Shown: one piece after another, positions 8,622 to 14,893 of the stretch | How the letters are laid out: the number at the start of each line of letters is the position of its first letter | Numbering within the stretch: the first letter of the stretch is position 1 | Assembly: GCA_964523855.1 (NCBI GenBank) | Contig: CAZGAF010000001.1 | Coordinates: 38,159 to 73,586 of the forward strand | Length of the DNA: 35,428 nucleotides | Reading direction: 5' to 3' | DNA from: an uncultured Candidatus Saccharibacteria bacterium | Lineage (GTDB): Bacteria; Patescibacteriota; Doudnabacteria; UBA920 | Translations under genes and position numbers: made by a program | The notes under the pieces: generated by a model | What the model saw: the letters and a program-made list of their open reading frames with translations, nothing else | Databases searched by the model: none | What the model was told of the DNA's origin: nothing

Positions 8622-8795
8622 ATGCCAAGAATGTGTGCAATTTGCGGTAAAACTTACAGCCGTACAATAAAACGCTCTCACTCCATGAGACCTTCCATAG
8701 TTAGGCTTTTACCTAACTTGCAATGGTTTAAGCTAGACGGCCAGCGCGTAAAAGCCTGTGCTCGTTGCATAAAGACCAAAGCTAAGGCTAAATAA
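8622..8795 (+). CDS. rpmB: 50S ribosomal protein L28
   Basis: 57-aa ORF missing from the track (below its length cutoff): MPRMCAICGKTYSRTIKRSHSMRPSIVRLLPNLQ..., matching the L28 pattern M.R.C...GK....RSHS....NLQ. A terminator follows. Confidence 0.85.
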   Translation: MPRMCAICGKTYSRTIKRSHSMRPSIVRLLPNLQWFKLDGQRVKACARCIKTKAKAK

Positions 8796-8804
8796 GAAAG
8801 TTTT

Positions 8805-8838
8805 AACCCCGCCATAACCCTGGCGGGGTTTTTGTTTT
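8805..8838 (+). terminator. intrinsic terminator after rpmB
   Basis: CCCCGCCA-taaccc-TGGCGGGG followed by TTTTTGTTTT. Confidence 0.8.
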
Positions 8839-8900
8839 GGACAAAATTTTGTATACTTATGGAGCCTTCAAGGAGGCAATCTTGAAAAACAGGAGTTACC

Positions 8901-9137
8901 GTGAGACACAACGGTACAGTCAAATGGTTCAGCCCTGCCAAGGGGTATGGTTTTTTGACCGGGCCAGGCAGAAAGGACGTATTCGTACATTTCAGCCAAA
9001 TCAATATGCCGGGATACCGGTTTTTGCAAGCCGATCAACAAGTAACATTCGTTCTAGCTAACGGACCCAAGGGTCCTTTCGCAGAAGACGTGGTTGTGGT
9101 ACCATCGCGTATGCACCTTGTCGCCAACGCCGGCTAA
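8901..9137 (+). CDS. csp: cold-shock domain protein
   Basis: GTG start with AGGAG 5 nt upstream. GTVKWFSPAKGYGFL and DVFVHFS are the RNP1/RNP2 cold-shock motifs. Confidence 0.9.
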   Translation: MRHNGTVKWFSPAKGYGFLTGPGRKDVFVHFSQINMPGYRFLQADQQVTFVLANGPKGPFAEDVVVVPSRMHLVANAG

Positions 9138-9154
9138 ATAACGCAGGCGTTTTT

Positions 9155-9526
9155 TTATTTTACTCCGTCCTCTGCCATCGTATTCACTTCCGAAACAAAG
9201 CCTCCAAACAAAGCTCCAGCTAAAACAAAATATAACCAACTGTTTACTAAGTTTACATTTAGCAAAGAAAGCAGTTTGCCTTGCCCTATTAGAAAACCTA
9301 AAATTGCCACAACAAAAAATATTATTGCCGCACTTCGCATAACTATATAACCTTTACTCCCCCTTCCGCCCACAAACAAAACCAAACCCAACACCAAATG
9401 TAAGACATCTTGAGTTTTGGTTGTTGCAAAAAAAGCATCGCTGCCAAACAAAGGACTGCTGGCAAATCCACACAAGCCAGCCAGAACTAAAACCAAACCC
9501 ACAAAAAAACAAATCTTTTTTCCCAT
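9155..9526 (-). CDS. small integral membrane protein (4 TM, DUF4383-like guess)
   Basis: 123-aa hydrophobic ORF packed tightly against maf. Confidence 0.55.
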   Translation of the reverse strand: MGKKICFFVGLVLVLAGLCGFASSPLFGSDAFFATTKTQDVLHLVLGLVLFVGGRGSKGYIVMRSAAIIFFVVAILGFLIGQGKLLSLLNVNLVNSWLYFVLAGALFGGFVSEVNTMAEDGVK

Positions 9527-9529
9527 AAA

Positions 9530-10114
9530 TTATTTCTCCATAAATTTAACCCCAACGCTTTTTAAACCTTTAAAAACACTTTCTAAAGGTAAGCCTATAC
9601 CCCCGGTTATACTCCCCGAAATTTTTTCAATCAAATCAAAACCAAAACCCTGAAGCGCGTACGCGCCTGCTCTGCCCAAGGGCTCTTTAGTTTTAACATA
9701 CTCCTGAATATCTTCTTTGGTTAGCTCCTTAAATTTCACATAAGTTTTACTAACTTCCGAAAACACTTTTTTAGTTCCGCTGTCCAAAACCACCACTGCA
9801 GTATACACAACATTTTCTTTCCCGCTCAGTTCGCCTAACATTTTTACGGCATCTTTACCATTTTTTGGCTTAGCAAAAATTTTACTACCCAAAGCAACCA
9901 ATGAATCCGCCGCAATAATAACCGCATCGTTATATTTTTTTTCTACAGCCTGAGCTTTTCCTAAAGCTAAGTATAAGACTAAATCTTCAGGCTTTGTATT
10001 TTCTTTATGAACCTCTCGGTATTTAGGGTCGACAATTTTAAAGTTTATTTCAAACAATTTAAAAATTTGTTTTCTTCGAGGCGAAGTTGAAGCTAAAATA
10101 AATTTCTTAGGCAT
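9530..10114 (-). CDS. maf: Maf-like nucleoside triphosphate pyrophosphatase
   Basis: 194 aa; ILASTSPRR N-terminus and a GAYALQG motif. Confidence 0.85.
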   Translation of the reverse strand: MPKKFILASTSPRRKQIFKLFEINFKIVDPKYREVHKENTKPEDLVLYLALGKAQAVEKKYNDAVIIAADSLVALGSKIFAKPKNGKDAVKMLGELSGKENVVYTAVVVLDSGTKKVFSEVSKTYVKFKELTKEDIQEYVKTKEPLGRAGAYALQGFGFDLIEKISGSITGGIGLPLESVFKGLKSVGVKFMEK

Positions 10115-10556
10115 GTTTTAATGGTTTTAAATTTGAAGCTAGTCCCAAAGCTAAGGCTATAAGGACTAAGTTCTTTATCATATACTGCCCTTCCAAAGTC
10201 GGTACAAAAGGCGCCTGCCAAGCAATTTCGGGCAAAAAAACCAAAGGCATAAGTGTCATACCCATATGGATTACAAATAGCGGGATTACCAACCTGGTTG
10301 CTTTTGGAAATAAAAACAAAAAACCTATTAACATTTCATACAAAGCAAAGAGTAAAATAAAACTTTGAAAACTCAAGAAAGGCAAAGTTTTTTGCTGCAA
10401 ATCCATAACCAACGGGTTAGCTGGTGATAGGTTTAAAATTTTCAAGATTCCAAACCAAAAATACACCACAAACAAACTCACTCTGGCTAAAGGCGCAGAA
10501 ACTCGTCTGGAAAAGTTTATAAACTTTTCATCTGCTTCTAAAATTTTATGTCGCAT
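10107..10556 (-). CDS. integral membrane protein (DoxX/DUF417-like guess)
   Basis: 149-aa 4-TM ORF overlapping the maf start by 8 nt. Confidence 0.55.
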   Translation of the reverse strand: MRHKILEADEKFINFSRRVSAPLARVSLFVVYFWFGILKILNLSPANPLVMDLQQKTLPFLSFQSFILLFALYEMLIGFLFLFPKATRLVIPLFVIHMGMTLMPLVFLPEIAWQAPFVPTLEGQYMIKNLVLIALALGLASNLKPLKHA

Positions 10557-10610
10557 GTTAGGGCTTTTAATTTTAAAGAATTTTTGTTAAAATAAACAAA
10601 GTTTTAAATA

Positions 10611-10809
10611 CGGGCTGTAGTATAGTGGTAGTACGCGTCCACTTGCCCTGTTAAATTTTACCCTTGTGCGGGGTATAGTATAGTGGTAGTACGCGCCCAT
10701 GGGGTGGGTGTAGACTGGGTTCGATTCCCAGTACCCCGACCAAGGGTAGAAATATTTAACAGGGTAAAGGGTGAATGTAGTCTGGGTTTGATTCCCAACA
10801 GCCCAACCA
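10611..10809 (+). ncRNA. interrupted/split tRNA-shaped gene (tRNA-Pro paralog) hosting a whole tRNA in its anticodon loop
   Basis: 10611-10640 carries the acceptor 5' strand, a D arm identical to the inner tRNA, and CGTCC. 10769-10809 carries GGGTG, the T arm, the acceptor 3' strand and ACCA. 10645-10666 pairs with 10741-10765 (22 bp, two bulges). Deviations from a normal tRNA: C1.A72, C49.A65, T-loop TTTGATT and an 8-nt variable region. Confidence 0.5.
10669..10742 (+). tRNA. tRNA-Pro (anticodon GGG), CCA encoded
   Basis: Manual cloverleaf: CGGGGTA/TACCCCG acceptor, GTAT/GTAC D stem, CGCCC-AT GGG GT-GGGTG anticodon arm, CTGGG-TTCGATT-CCCAG T arm, discriminator A, CCA. Confidence 0.9.
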
Positions 10810-10923
10810 GCTTTCGCTAAATCTTTTAACTACTCTAGCCACGAGTAAAACAGAAGGTTTATCGAAAAATGTATAAATTGTTATAACGAAAGCTGTGTCC
10901 GACGAAGTTTTAACGAAGTCGGA

Positions 10924-10966
10924 CCAAAGAAAAAAGTATGACTTCATGTCGTGCTTTTTTCTTTGG
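10924..10966. repeat. perfect 13-bp inverted repeat (hairpin) downstream of the tRNA locus
   Basis: CCAAAGAAAAAAG, 17-nt loop, CTTTTTTCTTTGG. It is preceded by the GTCCGAC/GTCGGAC hairpin at 10897-10924. Confidence 0.6.
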
Positions 10967-11080
10967 TTATTGGCAGTAAAATACTATTATATTTGATTGT
11001 GTAGTTGCCTCATTCATGAGGCCAAAAAAGCATAAGCTCATTAAACAGTAGTAACTACTATAATTCTAGCAAAATTCAAT

Positions 11081-11114
11081 AAAAAAAGAAGGCTCGAAAA
11101 GTTTCGAGCCTTTT
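11081..11114. terminator. bidirectional intrinsic terminator after the 106-aa ORF
   Basis: GGCTCGA-aaagtt-TCGAGCC flanked by AAAAAAA and TTTT. Confidence 0.7.
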
Positions 11115-11128
11115 GGATTCTTTCGGAC

Positions 11129-11449
11129 TTATACGCCCCAGCCATAAGCGACATCATGAGAAGTTGGCGGTTTTTGTAGCGGTATCGACTCCAAACGATT
11201 GGCTATTCTAGGCCCATCGATAAGTGTATCTCCCGCTAAACCGTCTGGACGGCTGTTTAAAAAAACACAGCACAGCTGTCTTTCCTCGCTTACAACTACC
11301 GCCACATGAATCACGCGGTCATGAAGCCTACGAACTTCGTAGGATTCTACCGTCACCACAACCGCACTTCCCTCAAAGGACATTGCAACCTCGCTGCCCT
11401 TTTCAAAGGAAACGGAAACGTCCTTATTAACTCTCAATATACGCTGCAT
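11129..11449 (-). CDS. orphan hypothetical protein (106 aa)
   Basis: GGAGG 4 nt upstream of the ATG at 11449. G+C-rich relative to the housekeeping genes; has its own promoter and terminator. Confidence 0.5.
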   Translation of the reverse strand: MQRILRVNKDVSVSFEKGSEVAMSFEGSAVVVTVESYEVRRLHDRVIHVAVVVSEERQLCCVFLNSRPDGLAGDTLIDGPRIANRLESIPLQKPPTSHDVAYGWGV

Positions 11450-11520
11450 TGCTCCTCCAACCAAATTTTTACTGCCAAAAAATAGATTTTAATTTTTAAA
11501 AACTATTTTTTTGCAACAAA

Positions 11521-11550
11521 AAGAAAAACCCCCTTTGCAGGGGGTTTTAA
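11521..11550. terminator. intrinsic terminator located inside the leader of the 106-aa ORF
   Basis: AACCCCCT-ttgc-AGGGGGTT with T-runs in both directions. It lies between the promoter at 11631-11658 and the ATG at 11449. Confidence 0.7.
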
Positions 11551-11630
11551 ATTTAAATACTTTAAAACACCACCTGCTTAGGGGGTAATAATAATTATGC
11601 TGCTGTTCTGTATGCGTTTCATATATGTAT

Positions 11631-11658
11631 ATATTATCAAAAGAAAAAATTGTGTCAA
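11631..11658 (-). promoter_or_regulatory. sigma70-like promoter
   Basis: Minus strand reads TTGACA (11653-11658), 16 nt, TAATAT (11631-11636). Confidence 0.5.
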
Positions 11659-11683
11659 ATAAAAAAGCCGATAAAAGCGGCTT
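11659..11683 (-). terminator. intrinsic terminator after the 60-aa ORF
   Basis: Minus strand reads AAGCCG-cttttat-CGGCTT followed by TTTTTTAT. Confidence 0.6.
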
Positions 11684-11730
11684 AATATACAACTGCCAGA
11701 GAAACTGGCAAAAGCAGAAACTGATTGCGG

Positions 11731-11913
11731 CTAACAGGAAATTAAAGATTGGCGACTAGACGCTCTGAGACGCCGGTATAACTCTTCGAACAAATCTGAA
11801 CAACATTCGAAAACTTGATCGCGGCTTGGCTTAAACCAAGCTGGGTACCGCATCGTAATGCGCCACGAAATCTCATCTTGTATCTTCCTAATTTCCGGAT
11901 CCTCGCTCGTCAT
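11731..11913 (-). CDS. orphan micro-protein (60 aa)
   Basis: GGAGGA 3 nt upstream of the ATG at 11913 (MTSEDPEIRK...). Its own terminator is downstream. Confidence 0.45.
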   Translation of the reverse strand: MTSEDPEIRKIQDEISWRITMRYPAWFKPSRDQVFECCSDLFEELYRRLRASSRQSLISC

Positions 11914-12211
11914 CCGTCCTCCTCTACAAACTAACTTCAAACACCAAAAATGTGGTCAAAATATTTTTAACAAAACTTTTGGAATATGAATTTTTTGGGG
12001 AAGAGACAGCGCCGAATGTCTCTGTGTTAAGTGGTTTGGAAAAGATTAGCACACGTGCTAAGATCTTTTTCTGTACACAAACAACACTCGGCGCTGAAGA
12101 TCTGGCTCCAACAGTTTTCACCATGGAGCCTAAGCTACATTAGTTCTGAACGAAAGACCTATTTGGTCTTTAGCTGCCGATTACTCGGTCAGCTTTTCGC
12201 CCAGTTGGAGA

Positions 12212-12385
12212 TCAGGTCAAGCAATAATGTCTGAGCTCTTCACCAAGCTCGTGCTTGATCCGTCTCGGATTTTGGCCTGTCGACTCAAGCATTGCTCTTG
12301 TCAACTTTATGGCCTGAATACCAGACGGGTCTACCTGATCAACTTTTATTTCCTCAGTAACAAGGAGCGCGGGATCCTCATTCAT
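12212..12385 (-). CDS. orphan micro-protein (57 aa; not in the ORF track)
   Basis: Hand translation: MNEDPALLVTEEIKVDQVDPSGIQAIKLTRAMLESTGQNPRRIKHELGEELRHYCLT. GGAGG lies 9 nt upstream of the ATG at 12385. Confidence 0.45.
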   Translation of the reverse strand: MNEDPALLVTEEIKVDQVDPSGIQAIKLTRAMLESTGQNPRRIKHELGEELRHYCLT

Positions 12386-12855
12386 CGGAATATTCCTCCG
12401 GTTTGATTGCCCACCAACGGAGGCGGGCTGGAGATTACTAGGTAGTCAAACACCGGTTGATGCTTTTTTGGTCAACCTTGTTGTACAAGGTTAATTACAG
12501 ACTACCTAAATTTGGCGGTGGCTTAACAGGTTACTGCAGGCATATTATTGCAACTTAACACAGCGGGCCAAGGGCGCCCATTACCCTGTCGAAAGTTTTT
12601 GGCTTTGCTTCACCAAAGTGACCTTCCGCCACCATAACTTGTCGGGTGGTTTTCAAACCTGACTCATGTTCCTCTCTCTCCGTGCGCTAGGCCAAAGAAC
12701 ATTAAGTCAAATTCTATTGGAGCGTTTCCGCTCATTTAGCTTAATTAAGCCAAAGACCAAAATTTGGTCACATCCACCCATAACTTTTGCAGACTCTTTG
12801 CGTCTACAGGCATGTAAACTTTAAAACCAAACCTTACATACCTTTAAACGCATTT
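12386..12855 (-). ncRNA. candidate structured RNA / long structured 5' leader
   Basis: No credible ORF on either strand. Contains a 9-bp closing stem (12439-12447/12500-12508) around two hairpins, a GAGCG-GAAA-CGCTC GNRA hairpin (12720-12733 on the minus strand), and two stems that carry G.U on the minus strand but C.A on the plus strand. A CCUCCG segment pairs with the SD of the 57-aa ORF. Confidence 0.35.
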
Positions 12856-12996
12856 TAAAACCCCGCTTCTTGCGGGGTTGTGTTTAGGTGTAATTTTAGA
12901 CCGTGTTCACACCTCACCCCGCGCGCCCAAAAGGACGGCCTTCACAAAGACCGGGCGAATAGAAATGAGGTTGTGTATATTCTGTAACATCTTAAA
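12856..12996 (-). promoter_or_regulatory. candidate transcription attenuator (terminator/antiterminator) or ~140-nt sRNA
   Basis: On the minus strand, GCGGGGT (12916-12922) and GCGGGGTT (12859-12866) compete for the same AACCCCGC (12872-12879). The downstream pairing is followed by UUUU. Confidence 0.4.
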
Positions 12997-13002
12997 AACA
13001 AT

Positions 13003-13029
13003 ATTATACCTATCGCTTTCACCTGTCAA
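13003..13029 (-). promoter_or_regulatory. promoter with consensus hexamers but a short spacer
   Basis: Minus strand reads TTGACA (13024-13029), 15 nt, TATAAT (13003-13008). Confidence 0.4.
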
Positions 13030-13207
13030 GCGAGTTATCAACAAGGGAAATTAAATTGCTCTAATTTCTAATTAACCTAATTGACTTATAAAATGTCTAA
13101 TTTCTAAATTGAGGCTTGGAATTTGTTTAAAATAATTAGGGTAATTATAATAATTTACATACATGTACAACAAATTCGAATTCTCCTAACAAATCTTATT
13201 ATATTTT

Positions 13208-14158
13208 CTAAACGGTAAGATACCCTGAGTTCTGTTCTGCTGCTTTTTCTGCCATTTTATGGACTATATCGTTAAGTTCTTCTTCACTGTAGAATTCGAT
13301 TAAAATTTTACCAGCCTGACCTTGTCTTTGAATTTTAACCTGAGCTCCAAGCTTAATGCGCAGCTCAGACTCCATAGCCATAAGTTTAGGGTCAGGAGCG
13401 GCCGCATCCATGCTCTTTTTGGCTGTAAGTTCACGAACTTTATTTTCAACTTGCCTTACAGTCCAGTTATCCTCCATGGCTTTTTTGGCCATTAAAATAA
13501 TTTTTTCCGGATCCTGTAAACCCAAAAGTCCTCTGGCATGACCTTCGCTTAAGCGGCCTTCTATTACAAACCTTTGGACTTCTGCCGGCAAGTTTAACAA
13601 ACGAACCGTGTTAGCCACCGCAGGACGCGACTTGCCAACTTTTTTTGCCACCTGCTCCTGGGTCAGACTAAACATGGTCATAAGCTTACTGTAAGCCTGT
13701 GCTTCTTCTATTGGGTTCAGTTCCTGGCGCTGGATATTTTCTATAAGCGCAACTTCGAGCTTGGTCTGGTCAACCATCTCTTCTTTTATAATAGCTGGCA
13801 CCATTTTTAAACCTGCCAACTGGCTTGCGCGAAAACGTCTTTCCCCGACCACCAACTCATAGCCTGTTGGAGTTTTTATAACCACCAGAGGCTGAATAAC
13901 CCCATGTTCTCTTATGGAGTCAGAAAGTTCTTTTAAAGCATTTGGTTCAAAAACTTTTCTTGGCTGAAAAGGATTCGGAACTATTTTTTCTATTTCAATT
14001 TGGTCTATTCTGGCTCCCTCATAAGAAACTCTTTCTGAAGTCTGCGCCGGTACAATAGGCGCCGGAGGAGGCGGCACAACCGGTGCGGGCGAAATCCTTT
14101 CAAAACTGTCTAAAGGCTGTATGGTAACATTGGGTTCTGTTTGGCTTATGGGGTCCAT
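13208..14158 (-). CDS. parB: ParB/Spo0J-family partition protein
   Basis: 316 aa; VVGERRFRA and LIENIQRQELNPIEEAQAY boxes, an HTH region, and a Pro-rich N-terminal extension. Confidence 0.9.
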   Translation of the reverse strand: MDPISQTEPNVTIQPLDSFERISPAPVVPPPPAPIVPAQTSERVSYEGARIDQIEIEKIVPNPFQPRKVFEPNALKELSDSIREHGVIQPLVVIKTPTGYELVVGERRFRASQLAGLKMVPAIIKEEMVDQTKLEVALIENIQRQELNPIEEAQAYSKLMTMFSLTQEQVAKKVGKSRPAVANTVRLLNLPAEVQRFVIEGRLSEGHARGLLGLQDPEKIILMAKKAMEDNWTVRQVENKVRELTAKKSMDAAAPDPKLMAMESELRIKLGAQVKIQRQGQAGKILIEFYSEEELNDIVHKMAEKAAEQNSGYLTV

Positions 14159-14225
14159 ATTTTTTGTTTATGAGTAGATAATATACAGTGCTTAAACTGA
14201 GCTTAAGCACCGCTTCCTATGCAAG

Positions 14226-14310
14226 TGGTGCCGCTGGTCGGAGTCGAACCGACATGCCGTTAGGCACACGATTTTGAGTCGTGCGTGTCTGCCAATTCCA
14301 CCACAGCGGC
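14226..14310 (-). tRNA. tRNA-Leu (anticodon CAA), CCA encoded
   Basis: Reverse complement reads GCCGCTG...CACGA-CT CAA AA-TCGTG, a long variable arm TGCCTAACGGCAT, TCGGTTCGACTCCGA, then CAGCGGC-A-CCA. Confidence 0.9.
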
Positions 14311-14356
14311 TTCACTTAAACAGGACAAATAGTAACCCACTTATTTTAGCAAAAGA

Positions 14357-14893
14357 CTAGAAATGGGTAAAGAGCCGTTCGGCCAAATAAAAATAAGAAC
14401 CAAGGCCAACAAGCGTGCCTAAAAACCAACCACCTAAAACGTCTGAAGCATAATGATAGCCCAAAACCACTCTGCCTATACCAACCATTAAAGCCACTGC
14501 AAAACTTACAACACCTAAAGTAGGATTATATAGAAAAAAAACACTACTTATTGCGGCCGAACTAATAGCATGCCCCGACGGAAACGAATCCGGCCTTTTT
14601 GTCCCCCAAGAAAACAGCCAAGATTTAGGCTGAGAAAATTTATAAACCTGGTGAGGTCTGCTTCGTTTTACAAAAAAATAAATAGCCTCGGCTACTATCC
14701 CCCTTGCAAGTACAAAAGACAAAAAAGCTGTGGCAGGTACAAACTTTTCCTCATACAGGAATATTAACAACAAACCTGCCAACATATAAAAAACTACTCC
14801 GTACATTCCCCAAAATTTCCAAAATATACTGAAAAAATTAAGACTATGTAGTTTTTTTTGCCAATCGGAATATGTTCTTTCTGAAATTTTCAT
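14357..14893 (-). CDS. PAP2-family phosphatase
   Basis: KRSRP, PSGH and GRVVLGYHYASD match the three PAP2 motifs. Overlaps the uppP stop by 4 nt. Confidence 0.8.
   Translation of the reverse strand: MKISERTYSDWQKKLHSLNFFSIFWKFWGMYGVVFYMLAGLLLIFLYEEKFVPATAFLSFVLARGIVAEAIYFFVKRSRPHQVYKFSQPKSWLFSWGTKRPDSFPSGHAISSAAISSVFFLYNPTLGVVSFAVALMVGIGRVVLGYHYASDVLGGWFLGTLVGLGSYFYLAERLFTHF

Noticed and set aside
8678-9061. A 108-aa minus-strand ORF and a 74-aa plus-strand ORF overlapping rpmB, its terminator and csp.
   Set aside because: They overlap two well-supported plus-strand genes (L28 and the cold-shock protein) and a terminator, and contain no recognisable motif.
10641-10768. Reading the outer tRNA-like gene as a UAA suppressor tRNA (loop ACUUAAA, anticodon UUA) after helix removal.
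   Set aside because: Position 33 would be C instead of the near-universal U. The T loop lacks C56, two helix-terminal C.A mismatches are present, and the variable region is 8 nt. There is no evidence of any splicing mechanism. It is kept only as a remark inside the finding.
10756-10947. A 63-aa minus-strand ORF.
   Set aside because: It overlaps the 3' half of the tRNA-like gene and the hairpin chain, and has no SD box.
11924-12234. Three overlapping ORFs of 63-67 aa on both strands in the islet spacer.
   Set aside because: They have no SD boxes, unlike the neighbouring micro-ORFs. They are mutually overlapping, with low-complexity translations. The region also contains terminator-like hairpins (12087-12115 and 12166-12184).
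12386-12996. Tested by eye whether this non-coding stretch is RNase P RNA, tmRNA, SRP/4.5S RNA or 6S RNA.
   Set aside because: On either strand I found no GAGGAAAGTCCGGGC or ACAGAA..GGCTTA boxes (RNase P), no tRNA-like ends or tag reading frame (tmRNA), and no GGAAGCAGC domain IV motif (SRP). For 6S RNA I found no long terminal closing helix. A covariance-model scan is still needed.
13040-13110. Direct repeats TCTAATTTCTAA(A)TT (two copies) upstream of the islet promoter, considered as parS or iterons.
   Set aside because: There are only two copies in very AT-rich sequence, with no resemblance to the parS consensus. This is not enough to call.
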